Origin: Gnetum montanum
Taxonomy: Eukaryota > Plantae > Gnetophyta
Direction of reading: 5' to 3'
DNA: 64,000 bases
Assembly: GCA_015680685.1 (NCBI GenBank)
Contig: MNCI01001533.1
Span: 20,700-84,699, forward strand
Shown here: positions 53,031 to 64,000 of the stretch, piece after piece
How positions within the stretch are numbered: position 1 is the first letter of the stretch
How the letters are laid out: the number at the start of each line of letters is the position of its first letter
Position numbers and translations under genes: made by a program
The notes under the pieces: generated by a model
Databases searched by the model: none
What the model saw: only the letters and a program-made list of their open reading frames with translations
What the model was told of the DNA's origin: nothing

Positions 53031-54096
53031 TGTGGACCTTTTGGTTTTGGTATGTTAAAACATTAAGAAAAATGGAAAACAAGTTTCTTTGCATGTGTGT
53101 GTAGTTGTTGTGCTTGTAGGATACAAACTTGAACTGAGCAAACCTATGGACAAGAAACAATCCATTCATCATGCAAGAAAAAGTGAAGAAAGATGTCTCT
53201 GGGAAGTAGTAAACATCCTGGCAAATTTGAAGTGAACTCAAACAAAGACATCTTAAGAAACAACATGATGCCTTTCTCAAGAAAAGAAGTCTTTCATGAG
53301 ACAAAGACATCTTTACAAATTGTAGACCAAGTCCAGAAAGACATCTTCCAGAGTAGAAACTTTAGAAAGACATCTTTCAAGAAACAAAGACATCTTCCTA
53401 GACAAATTTAGAGAGACATCTTAGGTGCAGGAAAGATGTCTCCCATGACCATTTGTAACTATTAGCTAGCCATTACATGAGTTTCATGAAGGATTTAGCA
53501 ACACAACAACTATAGGAAAATTTGATGTGCATTAGAAAAAGTGCAAGCCTTATTGTATTCATTGTATAATCACTTGTAATCATTGAATTCTCTATTTCTA
53601 CTCATTGTATTATCATTTTGGCATTGTAAAGTGTGTTGTACCTAACTATACAAGGATCAGCAAACTGAGTTGCAATTATCCCTTGTAATTCTTTTTCTTG
53701 TTACCCTACGAGGTTGATGTACTTGAGCTTGCTAGGATCCTATAGGATTGAAATGTTGGTGCTACAATACCACACTTTGGTGTGGAGCTCAAGATTGTAA
53801 AGGTTGTGAAAGCCTTGAAACCACATTTCCATGCCTGACGAGACCTTACGAGGTTGAGTGAAATTGGTGGTTCGATACAATAATCCAAAGTGGGGCTTGA
53901 AGATTGTACAAGGTGTGGATCCTTCAACCACATTTTGAGAGCAACAAAGTTTGTAGGTGTGCTTTCGATCTACCCTCCAAGTATGGACTACCTAAGTTGG
54001 AAAACCACATTAAATTTGGTGTGTATGCTTTGTTTGTTTAAGTTTTAATTTGGGGAACTTATTCATTCCCCCCCTTTCTAAGTTCAACAATCCATA
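53031..54096 (+). repeat. Copia 3' LTR
   Basis: Starts TGTGGACC after the purine tract accaaaaaggagaatat; direct repeat of the 5' LTR. Confidence 0.92.
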
Positions 54097-55089
54097 GAAT
54101 TGTATGTTCACCCATGTGTAAGTTTATTTTAAGTCTAAGGCTTCATTTCCATAGTTAAAACCATGTTTACATTGCCTCTATACAACAAAGAGGATGGCTA
54201 AACAAGATAAAGGTTCTATTGTAGAATTTGGCATAACTGGTAGTATCAACATAGCACTAAAGTTTTGTAAAAAGTGATCTTTCATTTTCCAATATTTCTG
54301 GTGATATGTCATACTCAAACATTTGACCATCACTCATGGCTAGAATTGTATCAACATCCGTCATAGTTGGTATTCTACATACAACAACCTCAACAATAGC
54401 CATGGTGGATGTTGTGCACATGCATGCATTTATAGACTTGCATTAAAGATGCAGCAAATAAATTCTATATTCTTTCTTGAAAAGAATGGCAATTGGAAAT
54501 TTGGAATTGATAGTTCCTTTTGAACAAAACTACAAAAACAATTATGCCTTGCACCAAAGATCACTGAAAATCTAAATTGTTTGCTACTGTATGTCAGTGT
54601 CTCTCTTCCTACCCAAAAATCTACAACATCACGCATCATCTCTATTTGTAACTACAATTTAATGGATTTTGTGTAGCACTTCAAGTTGATCATGATGCTG
54701 CTTTCATGCTTGTGATTTGAGGTTTAGGGTAGTGACTTTCAATAAACATTGGTCACAGAAGCACAAATCAAGATAAAAAAAATTGAGTCCATGATTTATT
54801 GGATAATATATAATATGGTGTATTAGTTTTTTGATATTGTTATTCTCTCCATTTTTAGTTTTAAAATTTCATGGTTGAATCCTAAACCCCATTGCTTTCG
54901 ATTATTGGTTGAAAAATGCCTGCAACACAACTTGGGTATGAGGATGAGATGGCCTTCATCATGACCCTAACATTATCCCAATCACATGGGTTAGCTCTAT
55001 GAGTTTTCTTCCACCACTTACTTATTTAAATAAAAAAAACATAAATGAGGAAAGTTACACATAAAAAAACTCTACAATCTTTCATTCAT

Positions 55090-55654
55090 CATCATTTGTT
55101 AATTGAAGTCATGTAATAGTATTTTGTACAAGTTCATCTCTACCATCTTCTTTAGAAGTATATGATGTTGTATCTACTTGACTCCTAAGTTTCTTTAGTG
55201 ATGATCATGCCATCATGGTTGCATTTTTTTCAGCCTATTTCTTTGATTTTGTTACTTCCCCTTAAAATGTCACTCCAATAACTTCCACTGTGCATGAAAA
55301 TATGGACAAATTCCCAAGTCATAATATTGTCATTGTGTATGATGGTAAAGGTACTCTAGTCCTTTGTGCCATCTCTTGTAACAAATTTTTGCTCACACTT
55401 GTTTCATCTAGGATCTTAGCAGTAGGACTTTGCAAAGGTCCTCTTTGAGAGAGTATGTTGAGAGTTTCTCTCGCCATAGCATGCTTGGCCCATCACAACA
55501 TACTATAAAATTTTGGGCTTTTGAAAGTTTCTCCATTAGAAGTTACCACAACCTTGAACCAAGGGACGTGTTCTAGACCTTCTTGTATGCAAAAGTACAA
55601 TGGCAAGCTATAGTAACTTCTCTGAGCCAACTCCATTAGTTGGTTCTTGTACAT
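55090..55654 (-). pseudogene. DRB2: Double-stranded RNA-binding protein (DRB2/3/5 clade) pseudogene, two dsRBDs
   Basis: MYKNQLMELAQRSYYSLPLYFCIQEGLEHVPWFKVVVTSNGETFKSPKFYSML*, then AKILDETSVSKNLLQEMAQRTRVPLPSYT...TVEVIGVTF*GEVTKSKK*AEKNATMMA*SSLKK...DELVQNTI. Matches the recalled plant DRB2 sequence MYKNQLQELAQRSCFNLPSY...ARILDETGVYKNLLQE...KNKKQAEKNAAMAAWSSLK. Stops and frameshifts present. Confidence 0.88.
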
Positions 55655-56349
55655 AACTGTGTGGCAAGAGATATAAATCAATAGGTTAAGAATGTGCAGA
55701 AAATTGTAGAATATGAAGATATGTAGAAAATAAAATTGAACATGCATCTCTATCTAACTTTCAAGACCACCAAACATAGTGGATTTAGTGATGGAGCCTT
55801 TGTTGCATGTAGGAGAAAAAGAAAATGAAGATGGAGGAGAGAAAGTGGTTGTAGTTGACCTATTTTTAAAGATGAGATTACAAAATAAATTCAAATATAA
55901 TTGTCCATGATTAGTGTACACATGTTGCAAACCTCTCTGCAACTTGCTTCCATCATGATTGTGGGTCATCTTTGTGAGCTTTCTTTCTTTGGTATTTCAA
56001 TGGCCACTTCCTTCTACACAATCACTAGTTTTAGTTTTATAATAAATAATTGAAAGTGAGTGATTAAGGCTCAAATTAATTATAGGTGGTGAGCTCACAT
56101 CTAGAAAAGTCATAAAAATAAAGCTTGATACAATTTCATTACATGATAAAATTTGATGTTATCATACCCCGACAACTAACTAGAAACTCGTCCTCAAGTT
56201 TAAAAAACTGAATATAGAGTGCCTTACAAAATTAGAAGGTAGATCTGACTATACATGGTTGATGGACTATTTACATGACTCAAAATACTGCAATGATGTT
56301 TTTACAAAATTTACATAGTTATATGACAAAACAAAATAAAAATTAAAGT

Positions 56350-58900
56350 AGCGTGATGTAGTTTGTGTCTAGCGATGGTGGCTCTTCCATCAACTGCTTC
56401 CCCTTCTCATTAGGATTCTTGAATTGATACATATTTAGTAGTGCCTAAAGCTTCTCCTCCTCTATCTTGGGATCATGTACCATCCATGCTTGTTGAGTAA
56501 TGTGTGATGGAGTAGGTACATCCCATAGCATGGTAGTTGTGGTAACATCTAATTAGCCTTCACATACCCTACTATAAATTGTAATCATCCCTCATCAAAA
56601 GCTCTAGTCATCTTTCTCAACTCTTGATAATTAGACATTCATCAAGCTAGGTTAGCTACCACATCATTTTAGCCTTGTTAGCTAGCTTTCACAATCTCGA
56701 GTTTAGAGTTTACCACATGTAGTTTCTATAAAGCATCTTTCTTGTCTGCAAATTCTTTCTCGTACAATGCATAAATTGCTACTATCTACTATTGCAATTC
56801 ATTTCTAGGCCTACCTATTGTCAACATGGACAAATTAGCATACTGGAGGTTTGCTAATCCCATGTATTTCATCAAATCTTCAATCTATAGGTCTTTGTTC
56901 TTTATTTTTACCTAGCATACATGAGTAAGACTATCAAGAATTGGTTACCAGTTAGAATTCTATGTAGAAATGGTGTTGATTTTAGCCTTTATCATATGGA
57001 TCTCTTTCTCATTGATCTATTTATACATGCCTACATGGTCTCTGAAATGCTCCTTGAGTCATTCATATTCCTTGGTCTTATTCTACCACACATTGATTTG
57101 AATTGCAAATTTGTATCGGATAGCATGGACTTCTTCCATTGACAAGGTTATGTTTTCATAGGTTAAGAGACTCATGTCTTCGTTGACATGAACTAATTAC
57201 TCTAGACTTTCTAGATGCTCTCCTTAAGAACATTCTTTTACCTTTAAATGTTTGTCAATCGAGCATTGTCAATAACTAGTTGTTTATTTTCTTATTGTAG
57301 GGTGGTGAGTGCTTTGGCATGTGCATACGTCTAAGCCTCTATCACTAATGCATCCCACACTGCCTTCTCCTTCTTCTTTTCAATCTTCATATAATGATCA
57401 ATGAAGTGTCTCACATGGTCTACTCTGAATTGGTTAAGTTAGTATAACGTAATGAACTCTGTTGGGTTCCTTTTTTGGATCTCATAGTGGATAGCTCTTG
57501 TAATTTTTAAACTTCATTTTGTGCATGCACCACCCTAGTCTTAGCCATGACCAACTTCCCCTTGGCGGTAATCAATTTAGAGTAAATTGCAATGATATCA
57601 CTAGGGGTATAAAAAGGATTCTACACAGCTTATCATGTTTGTAGTAGTCTATCTAGTATGTCTTCATGTTTAGTAGGAGTCATCGAGGTACCAGCAAACA
57701 TTTGAGCATGTCTCGCCCCAAAAATATTAGTTGGTGGCATTATAGGAACATTGAATGATTCTTTGATGTAATCAGTGATAACTTCAGCTACTCTCATTGT
57801 ATCTTGATGCTACATAACCACAACTATGGCTTCTTCACCTATTTCTAGCATCACTTGGAATGATGTAGCATTTCTTAGGATTTGTTGTGACCAATCATCC
57901 CCTCATCCTAGCTATAGTGACATTTGCCCACTTGTAGGGTCTATAGAAATTATGGGTCTAACTACACTTTTTCTAACTTTATAAAGGTTGGCATCCACCA
58001 TTTTTCCTCAGCTTATTATTTCTACAATCTATTGTAGATGGCTCATTAAGGGCCTATAGTCCTATGATGATAGTGGTGGAACTTGTTGTTGTTGTTGCTA
58101 GTTAGCTGGTGGCTAGCTACTAGGTCCTACTTACTGGGTTTAACCAATAGCTTGGATGGTATCGATAGGAGTTGAGCTTGTAGCTCCCTCAATACTTGCA
58201 TGTTTTGCTAGTTGATCCTTTTTAGGAGGCATTAGTTTTGACATTTTTGCATATGAAGCATTTTGGGATTTTTGTGAAACATCTTTAGTGTAATCCAATA
58301 TGCCTACCTACTTGTACAACTTCCTTATTATGCAAAGGAATGGTAGTGTTGGCTTCCCCACCTTCTTTTCCTTGAACTGCATTTGAATTTCTAGGAAGTA
58401 GAGATGGGCAATGTTGGCATTGAATTTTCCCATCAAAATGGCACTTCCTCTAGCCACGTAGGTTGATATTATGTTGAGCCTTTTGGTCAAGAATAGGTGA
58501 TAGGTTTCAATCTTGAAGTAAATATTTTCTTCAAAAATCATCTCACTATATTCTTTGTCTTCCTTGTTCTAGGCTCTTTGTAGCCACAATTTCTTAGCAT
58601 TTGTATCAAACATTGTGGAAATTTGTGTTACATTAGCCCTTTCATTTCGTAGATTTAGGGTTTTAGCAATTGCCTCTATGGAATATCATACTAAAACTTC
58701 TATTCTAATGGTGGTGTCAGCTTACTTATTTTTCCAAAACTAATAAGTTTCTTCTAAATAACATTCACCACTATTTGACAATGTAGACCATAGGGGAGAT
58801 GATTGAAGTTGTGTCTGTACGGCATTTGCAGCAAATTCCATAAATGAAACAAAATTGAATTCCATGATAATTGTGGAAATGATTGACTTTTGTTGGATAG
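56350..58900 (-). pseudogene. Decayed transposon accessory ORF (Transposase_32/ATHILA-ORF1-like N-part, low-complexity linker, coiled-coil C-part)
   Basis: ORF 58308-58541(-) ILMGKFNANIAHLYFLEIQMQFKEKKVGKPTLPFLCIIRKLYK and upstream YSIEAIAKTLNL.NEG resemble that family by eye. The minus strand is purine-rich and coding-like with many stops. Confidence 0.45.
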
Positions 58901-59302
58901 CAAGAAGGCATTCTAGTGATAGTGTGAGGCCCTATCCTTATTCAAGTGCTTGTGGGGCTTTTGCCTCTATTGATTATTCAATAGTAGGTGTTTACAGATT
59001 GTTCAATAGTAGGTGTCTGTTGATGAATGTTGAATGATTAGACTTTCTACTCTGCTTGTGAAGTCTATTCTCTAGTTCATCCCATGACCTTTGGATCTTT
59101 TACTCCTAGGTAGTGATGGTTCTCCTTTTGGTATTCTATTTGGGGCCATCTATAATCAACAAGGGTTTGAAACTATTAGAGTGTTTACATCAACCCTTAA
59201 TAGTTCTTAACCTTTCTCATACCCTTGGTTAGATCAAGTTCTTATCATATTATGATTACAAAGTTAGAAAAATTTTCAAAAAGATACCCCCTATGTGAGA
59301 GA

Positions 59303-59814
59303 TGTCTCAAGTGGTGGTTCTCTTGAGCTCTCCCCATGGTTCGGGGGCCATGGAACACTCTGAGGCGCCCTCGGGTGGCTCTCAAGTGTTACAAAACCCA
59401 CCCCATCTTGGTGGTACCAAGCTAGCAATAGGACACACTCCTGTTGCTACTCTCTTCTCTAAGTCCTCTTCTTTCCCTCTTCTCCGTGGAGAACTACATG
59501 GCCCTGATTCTACGGCGGTCGTAGATATGTAGGCAACCAAGACTGGATAGTTTTGGTGCGGTGCCATGCCACACCTTGTACCAGATTGTGAGGGATCTGG
59601 GGGTGAGGCACCTTCCCTTGTAGATGCATTGTTTCTCCTTCCACCGATGTGGTCTACAAGGTTGTGTGTGTACTTGTTTGCTTGGTTCTCTTCTGCTTGC
59701 ACTTGTGAGATGCTTGCTTGTTTGAGGCGTATTCCCCAGGTCTTTCGCCCCAGATCTATTTGATCTTTGTGAATTCCTTGGGGTGCCGGGCAACGTCGGG
59801 GCAACGTTGTTACA
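59303..59814 (+). mobile_element. 5' LTR of an LTR retrotransposon
   Basis: TG...gttgttaCA followed 2 bp later by the perfect PBS TGGTATCAGAGC. The left edge is uncertain by ~10 bp. Confidence 0.8.
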
Positions 59815-59816
59815 GA

Positions 59817-59828
59817 TGGTATCAGAGC
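59817..59828 (+). promoter_or_regulatory. Primer binding site complementary to tRNA-iMet 3' end
   Basis: TGGTATCAGAGC. Confidence 0.9.
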
Positions 59829-62800
59829 GTTTTTGTTTTAGTCAGTGGTAAGAGTTTCGCTAAGCGGTTATCAGGGTTTGTGGTTTGTGAGGTTTCCGAT
59901 AGAAACTAGCTAACCCCATTCTCAACTTTGGCTAACCACTCCCTTGGAGGGTGGCCTTGTGCTCTTTGGTGGTGATACTCCATTGAGCTTGTTTGGTTAA
60001 TGGTCTCTTTGGTTTGATACCTAGGTGATCTAGGATCATATCCTTATGTGTTTTGAAGAGTTTCTTGATGGCAATGTTCTTCACTCTTCATAAGAGGATA
60101 GATGTGAGCAATTGATGTATGTTGCTCTCCTTAAGGATATAAACGATGGTGTTGTGGCGATGTCCTTCACTTATTTACTTGTGGTTGGACTAGTTGGGAT
60201 TGTATGCGATATGGTTGAGAGGAGTTCTACTGGCAACTCAAGAATTTTGTTGCTCAAGGAGCTCCCATCTCAGGTCTCCAGTGATTCATCTGGGATGAAT
60301 CGGACCGAGTCTCTGCTTCGGTCTCCACCCAGATGACATGTTTCGAACTGGCATTTGTTGAATCGTGCAGGATATGATATCCTTGGCACTCCCACTCACC
60401 CTAGATACAGTGAGTATGGGAAAATACAAATGAGGACAAGATGGTTCCTAGGTACCTCAGGATGGAGGTCTTCGGACATGTGCTCCTGATGAGCCTTGTT
60501 CTGGGTGGACTAAGACCGTTGCTGGTAGACTTCGTACGTTCGTGTTTGCGATTGTATGTTTGTCTATTTCTGTATGCGTGTCTTCTTGGTTGCGCTTTCA
60601 AATTCTGCATGCGTGTTATCGTGGTTGCGTCTATCATTCGTAATGCAAGGCTTAAATGTTTTACGCGGTATGATGACTTATTGTTGGGGACGTTGAGGAT
60701 GCAGTGGTTGTTTGTGTCGCCCCAAAGCCAAATGGCTATTGTCTTGTTTGACAACGTATTGTGCATGAGGCATGATTGCCCTTATTGTTGATCCTTGTGA
60801 GTTATGCTCCTTGTTGAGCGGGTGGTGTTGCTTGTGGCATCACTATTTTGATTGGTGACATTTTGGTCATTTGATTTTGAAGACTACTGGTGGGGGTCAT
60901 CCTATTGTTGGTTCTTGTTGAGACCACACCTCTTTTAATGAGTCTTCTTGTGAACGCATCCTTCGTGATGTTGCTTGTGTTGCGAGAACTTGTTGGATGC
61001 TGACTTGATGTTGGATAGACCTTGGTCTTCCTCCTTATTTTTGGGTTGAGTTGACGATTGTCTATTGCCCATGACTCATACGAGTGTGTTGAAATTTTGG
61101 TCCTGGTTGAGGCCAGTGCCAGTTGCTGGGAATGATTGTTATGTATGAATATTGAAATTTTGAGAGTGTGCTATCTCTCTCTTGGTGTGTCTCATGGTGA
61201 AATCGTTTATTCGAGTGGGGATCGGATTCCTCCATCAATGTTTTGCATGATTGATCTCTATACATGTTGTTGAGGTCTTGAATTTTATGATGTGCAAGAG
61301 TGATATCTCTTTGTTATATGATCATGCTTGATGGTTGTGAATGAGGCTGATGTGCTAATCATGTTCCTGCTAACTCCTATGTTTCTGAGCTTGTGTCTCA
61401 GTGTTTGCAGGTAGCACAAGTATAAAGATGTAGCCAGTGGTGACCTCAGTTGATTCTGGGAGCACTATGTCTATGGGGAAGATATGTGCTCCTGAGACCT
61501 TCATGAACTGATTATTTGGTCTCAGAATCCCAACATTGGGTTGTGGATTTATCAGTACCTTGGCTGTGATGCATCAGCAGGTACATCATGATTTGTTTGC
61601 CTCTCAGTGCTGGGGGAGCACTAACAGAGGACGGTGATCTGTCCTAGACCCTACAGATATTGGGCTAGCAGATGGCATAAAATGGTATCCTTGGCTATGC
61701 CGGATACTGATGGCCCAGGAGTGGCCAATGCAATGAGGTCCCACTATTGGCAGGATGGTGGATACTCAGTTGGTGTGTTTCCTTCTTCGATCGTTACGTT
61801 CGTGTCTTGTATCGTTTCCGTTCGAGGTTACCCGTGCAGGCAGTTCAGTGTGACAGTAGATCATGTATCTTTTGAGACAGTGCTGCAATGACAGATGATC
61901 ATTTATGCTTCGTGACAGAGACAGGTTTTTCTCAAAACAGCATGGTTCTTTCTTGGTATGCTCTTGGTGGCCTAAATCTTCCAGCCTAGGAAGGGTTTGG
62001 GTAGTTGTCCTATAGTCTTTTAGGCTTGGGTAGCATTCCATATACCATGTATGTTCCCATATATGAATGTAATCTGATCCTTGGGTGTGTGAAATGTATC
62101 CTTGTGGTATTCTCAATTCGGTTGTATGCACTCAAAAGTGCTGGATGTATTGCCTATATGACTCAGTTGTCTCCTGGTTGTAGGCCTATGCCACACACTG
62201 TGACAAGGCCAAGCCCGATGTATGGTGTTCTCTTGGTGCTTGTTTTAAAGCACCCTTGCTATATGTTGTAAATGGCCTTTGTGCCTTGATGTATAATTCT
62301 GCTGAAAACCTCATGAGAAATGCTTCAGTTGTGATATAGCGTTGTAATGAATGGGCCAGGGCATGTCCTTGCCCATTATGCTCGTGAACTGGTGCCATGT
62401 GTTCTTGATGATGTTGGCGTGCCTGGATCGTGTATGCTTGGTGAACGTCCTTGAGATAGGACAAATCTTGGGAACACATTTTCTTGTGTTCTTGGACTGG
62501 CAAAGATCTTGTCCACAGATGATCGTTGCTGACTGAAATTCACATCAATGTGATGTCTAATGGTGGGTTTGAGTAGAGTTCTGGGTAGTGGCACCTAGAC
62601 TTGCTCTTGCATGTTGGAAGCGATCGTGGAGCAGTAGCCCAAACGTTGGGATGGAGGTCCATCCTTGAACAAATGACGTTACAGATACAGAACTTGTGGT
62701 TTCTCCTGGTGGCCTTTCTTGGTGGGCTTGAATGTGCTCGAAACACTTGAGCCGATGCTTTCATGATAGTGGGCTTCTAATGGTTTGTGCATGTCGGTGG

Positions 62801-64000
62801 GCTCTCGTAACGAATTGCTTTGGTGTGTTGCAGAGCTAGGATGCACTCTCATAGATTGGAACTGATTGGTGCCTTTGTGGTCTATGGTGTGATTCCATGA
62901 TAGGGGACTCGTTGTGCCTAATAGGCTATGATGTCTTGCTAAATTATCCCATGTACTCTGTCCCTTATGTACACTGATGTATTACAGAGTCCCTTGCTGA
63001 TGTATTGTCCCATGTCTCTGGTGTGATGTAAATTCATGTTGGTGATCTCACCTCCCTGGTGGGATAGCAGAGTTGATCATGAGGGATCATTCTCCATTTC
63101 AATGGATGCCCTCTTCAGTTCCCGAAATAATAAGGCAGGTGGTATCGAGACGGTTGTCTCCTGTAAGCAGTTGATGTTTGGGACTTGTTCCTAGCAGTGG
63201 TCCTATGTTCGTGAACTCGTGGGGCTTGTTCTTAGAGACAGAATGTTGGTACCCTGGTGAAATTCATGAAACCTCCCTTGTGAGGTCATGTTGTTGATGT
63301 AAATTAAAGATACATATTGCTCTTCTTGTAGGCAAGGCATGATCTTGTGTACTCTCGTAGTTTTGGGATCTTCAGAGGAACTTTCTTGTTGGGGTTCTCT
63401 GGATCCTTGTTGTAAACCCTTTGGGGATGAATCGTGTTATGTTTGAGTTGTAATGATGTTGATGAAAGCCCATTCCATGTAAAAACTATCTTGAGGACCT
63501 GGTCCTCCTATGGGCAAGATTTTGTTGTTGACTTGTGTCTATTGTTTGGGTTGAATGACAATAGGTAGTGGTGCGGCCTTGTCCACCACAAATTGATGTA
63601 AAAGGGCTTGACTGGGATGTATGAAACAAAACCCAGATCTCCCAAGATGAAACAGAAATTCTTGGTATGTTGAGCTGTTCTCAAGGGAAAATTGAAATTG
63701 GGTAAGACTTGTGAACCCATGTCTTCCCTCAGCTGGTGAAAGTTCCACGATTTGGTTCTATTGGCGATATTAACTACTTGGGTACGTATGATGATTGTGA
63801 TACTTACCTATGGAAGAAACCTCCCAAAGAGGATCCTTCCTTCAAGTGCAAAAATCTACTGAAAGGTGTTGATCGTGAGACTGGCAGTCATTCTTGATAT
63901 AGTGGGGAAATGTAAATTCTGAGAACGTTGATGTTTCTCGTAGAATTCATGATTTGGTTACTCTCAGAGGTGACTCTATCTTGTTCCTGGACCTTGTGTT
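59829..64000 (+). mobile_element. Internal region of a non-autonomous (LARD-like) LTR element with faint Gypsy pol traces
   Basis: Follows LTR+PBS; no credible long ORF; only short motif ghosts (VYALK ~62122, WCLF ~62232, ALWSM ~62871). Confidence 0.55.

Larger units (their letters stand above)
47552..54096 (+). mobile_element. Ty1/Copia (Sirevirus-like) LTR retrotransposon, internally deleted, with 5-bp TSD GAATT
   Basis: LTRs 47552-48640 and 53031-54096. GAATT at 47547-47551 and 54097-54101. PBS tgatatcagagcc (iMet-type) at 48643. PPT-like tracts at 52940 and 53015. Two CCHC knuckles (~49053, ~49728); RT/RNase H remnant. Confidence 0.93.

Noticed and set aside
59040-59300. Possible chromodomain or RNase H tail on the minus strand
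   Set aside because: Different frames give conflicting weak resemblances; not supportable without a profile search.
60112-62764. Numerous 60-120 aa ORFs on both strands
   Set aside because: No domain signatures; consistent with chance ORFs in an eroded retroelement interior.

Overview
Eukaryotic, almost certainly land-plant, repeat-rich DNA (fern/lycophyte/gymnosperm-like; the taxon cannot be fixed from sequence alone). Most of the window is nested, decayed retrotransposons: Tat-like Gypsy elements (1-23155, 29488-35815), an Athila-like Gypsy (23156-29487), a Sirevirus-like Copia with both LTRs and a target-site duplication (47552-54096), LINE fragments and a heavily eroded LTR element (59303-end). 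The only apparently intact host gene is a 4-exon 2-oxoglutarate/Fe(II) dioxygenase (SRG1-like, 41061-42507). It is bracketed by two inverted LINE copies and preceded by three orphan relics of a paralogous last exon. There are two standout observations. First, a Tat-like family ends its polyprotein just after the protease and carries a multi-exon antisense gene next to arrays of short palindromic motifs that differ between copies. Second, a decayed, intron-less DRB2/3/5-type dsRNA-binding protein sequence lies downstream of a transposon-type accessory ORF. An N-gap at 34504-34763 is flanked by exact duplications that look like an assembly artefact. All homologies were read by eye; no search was run.
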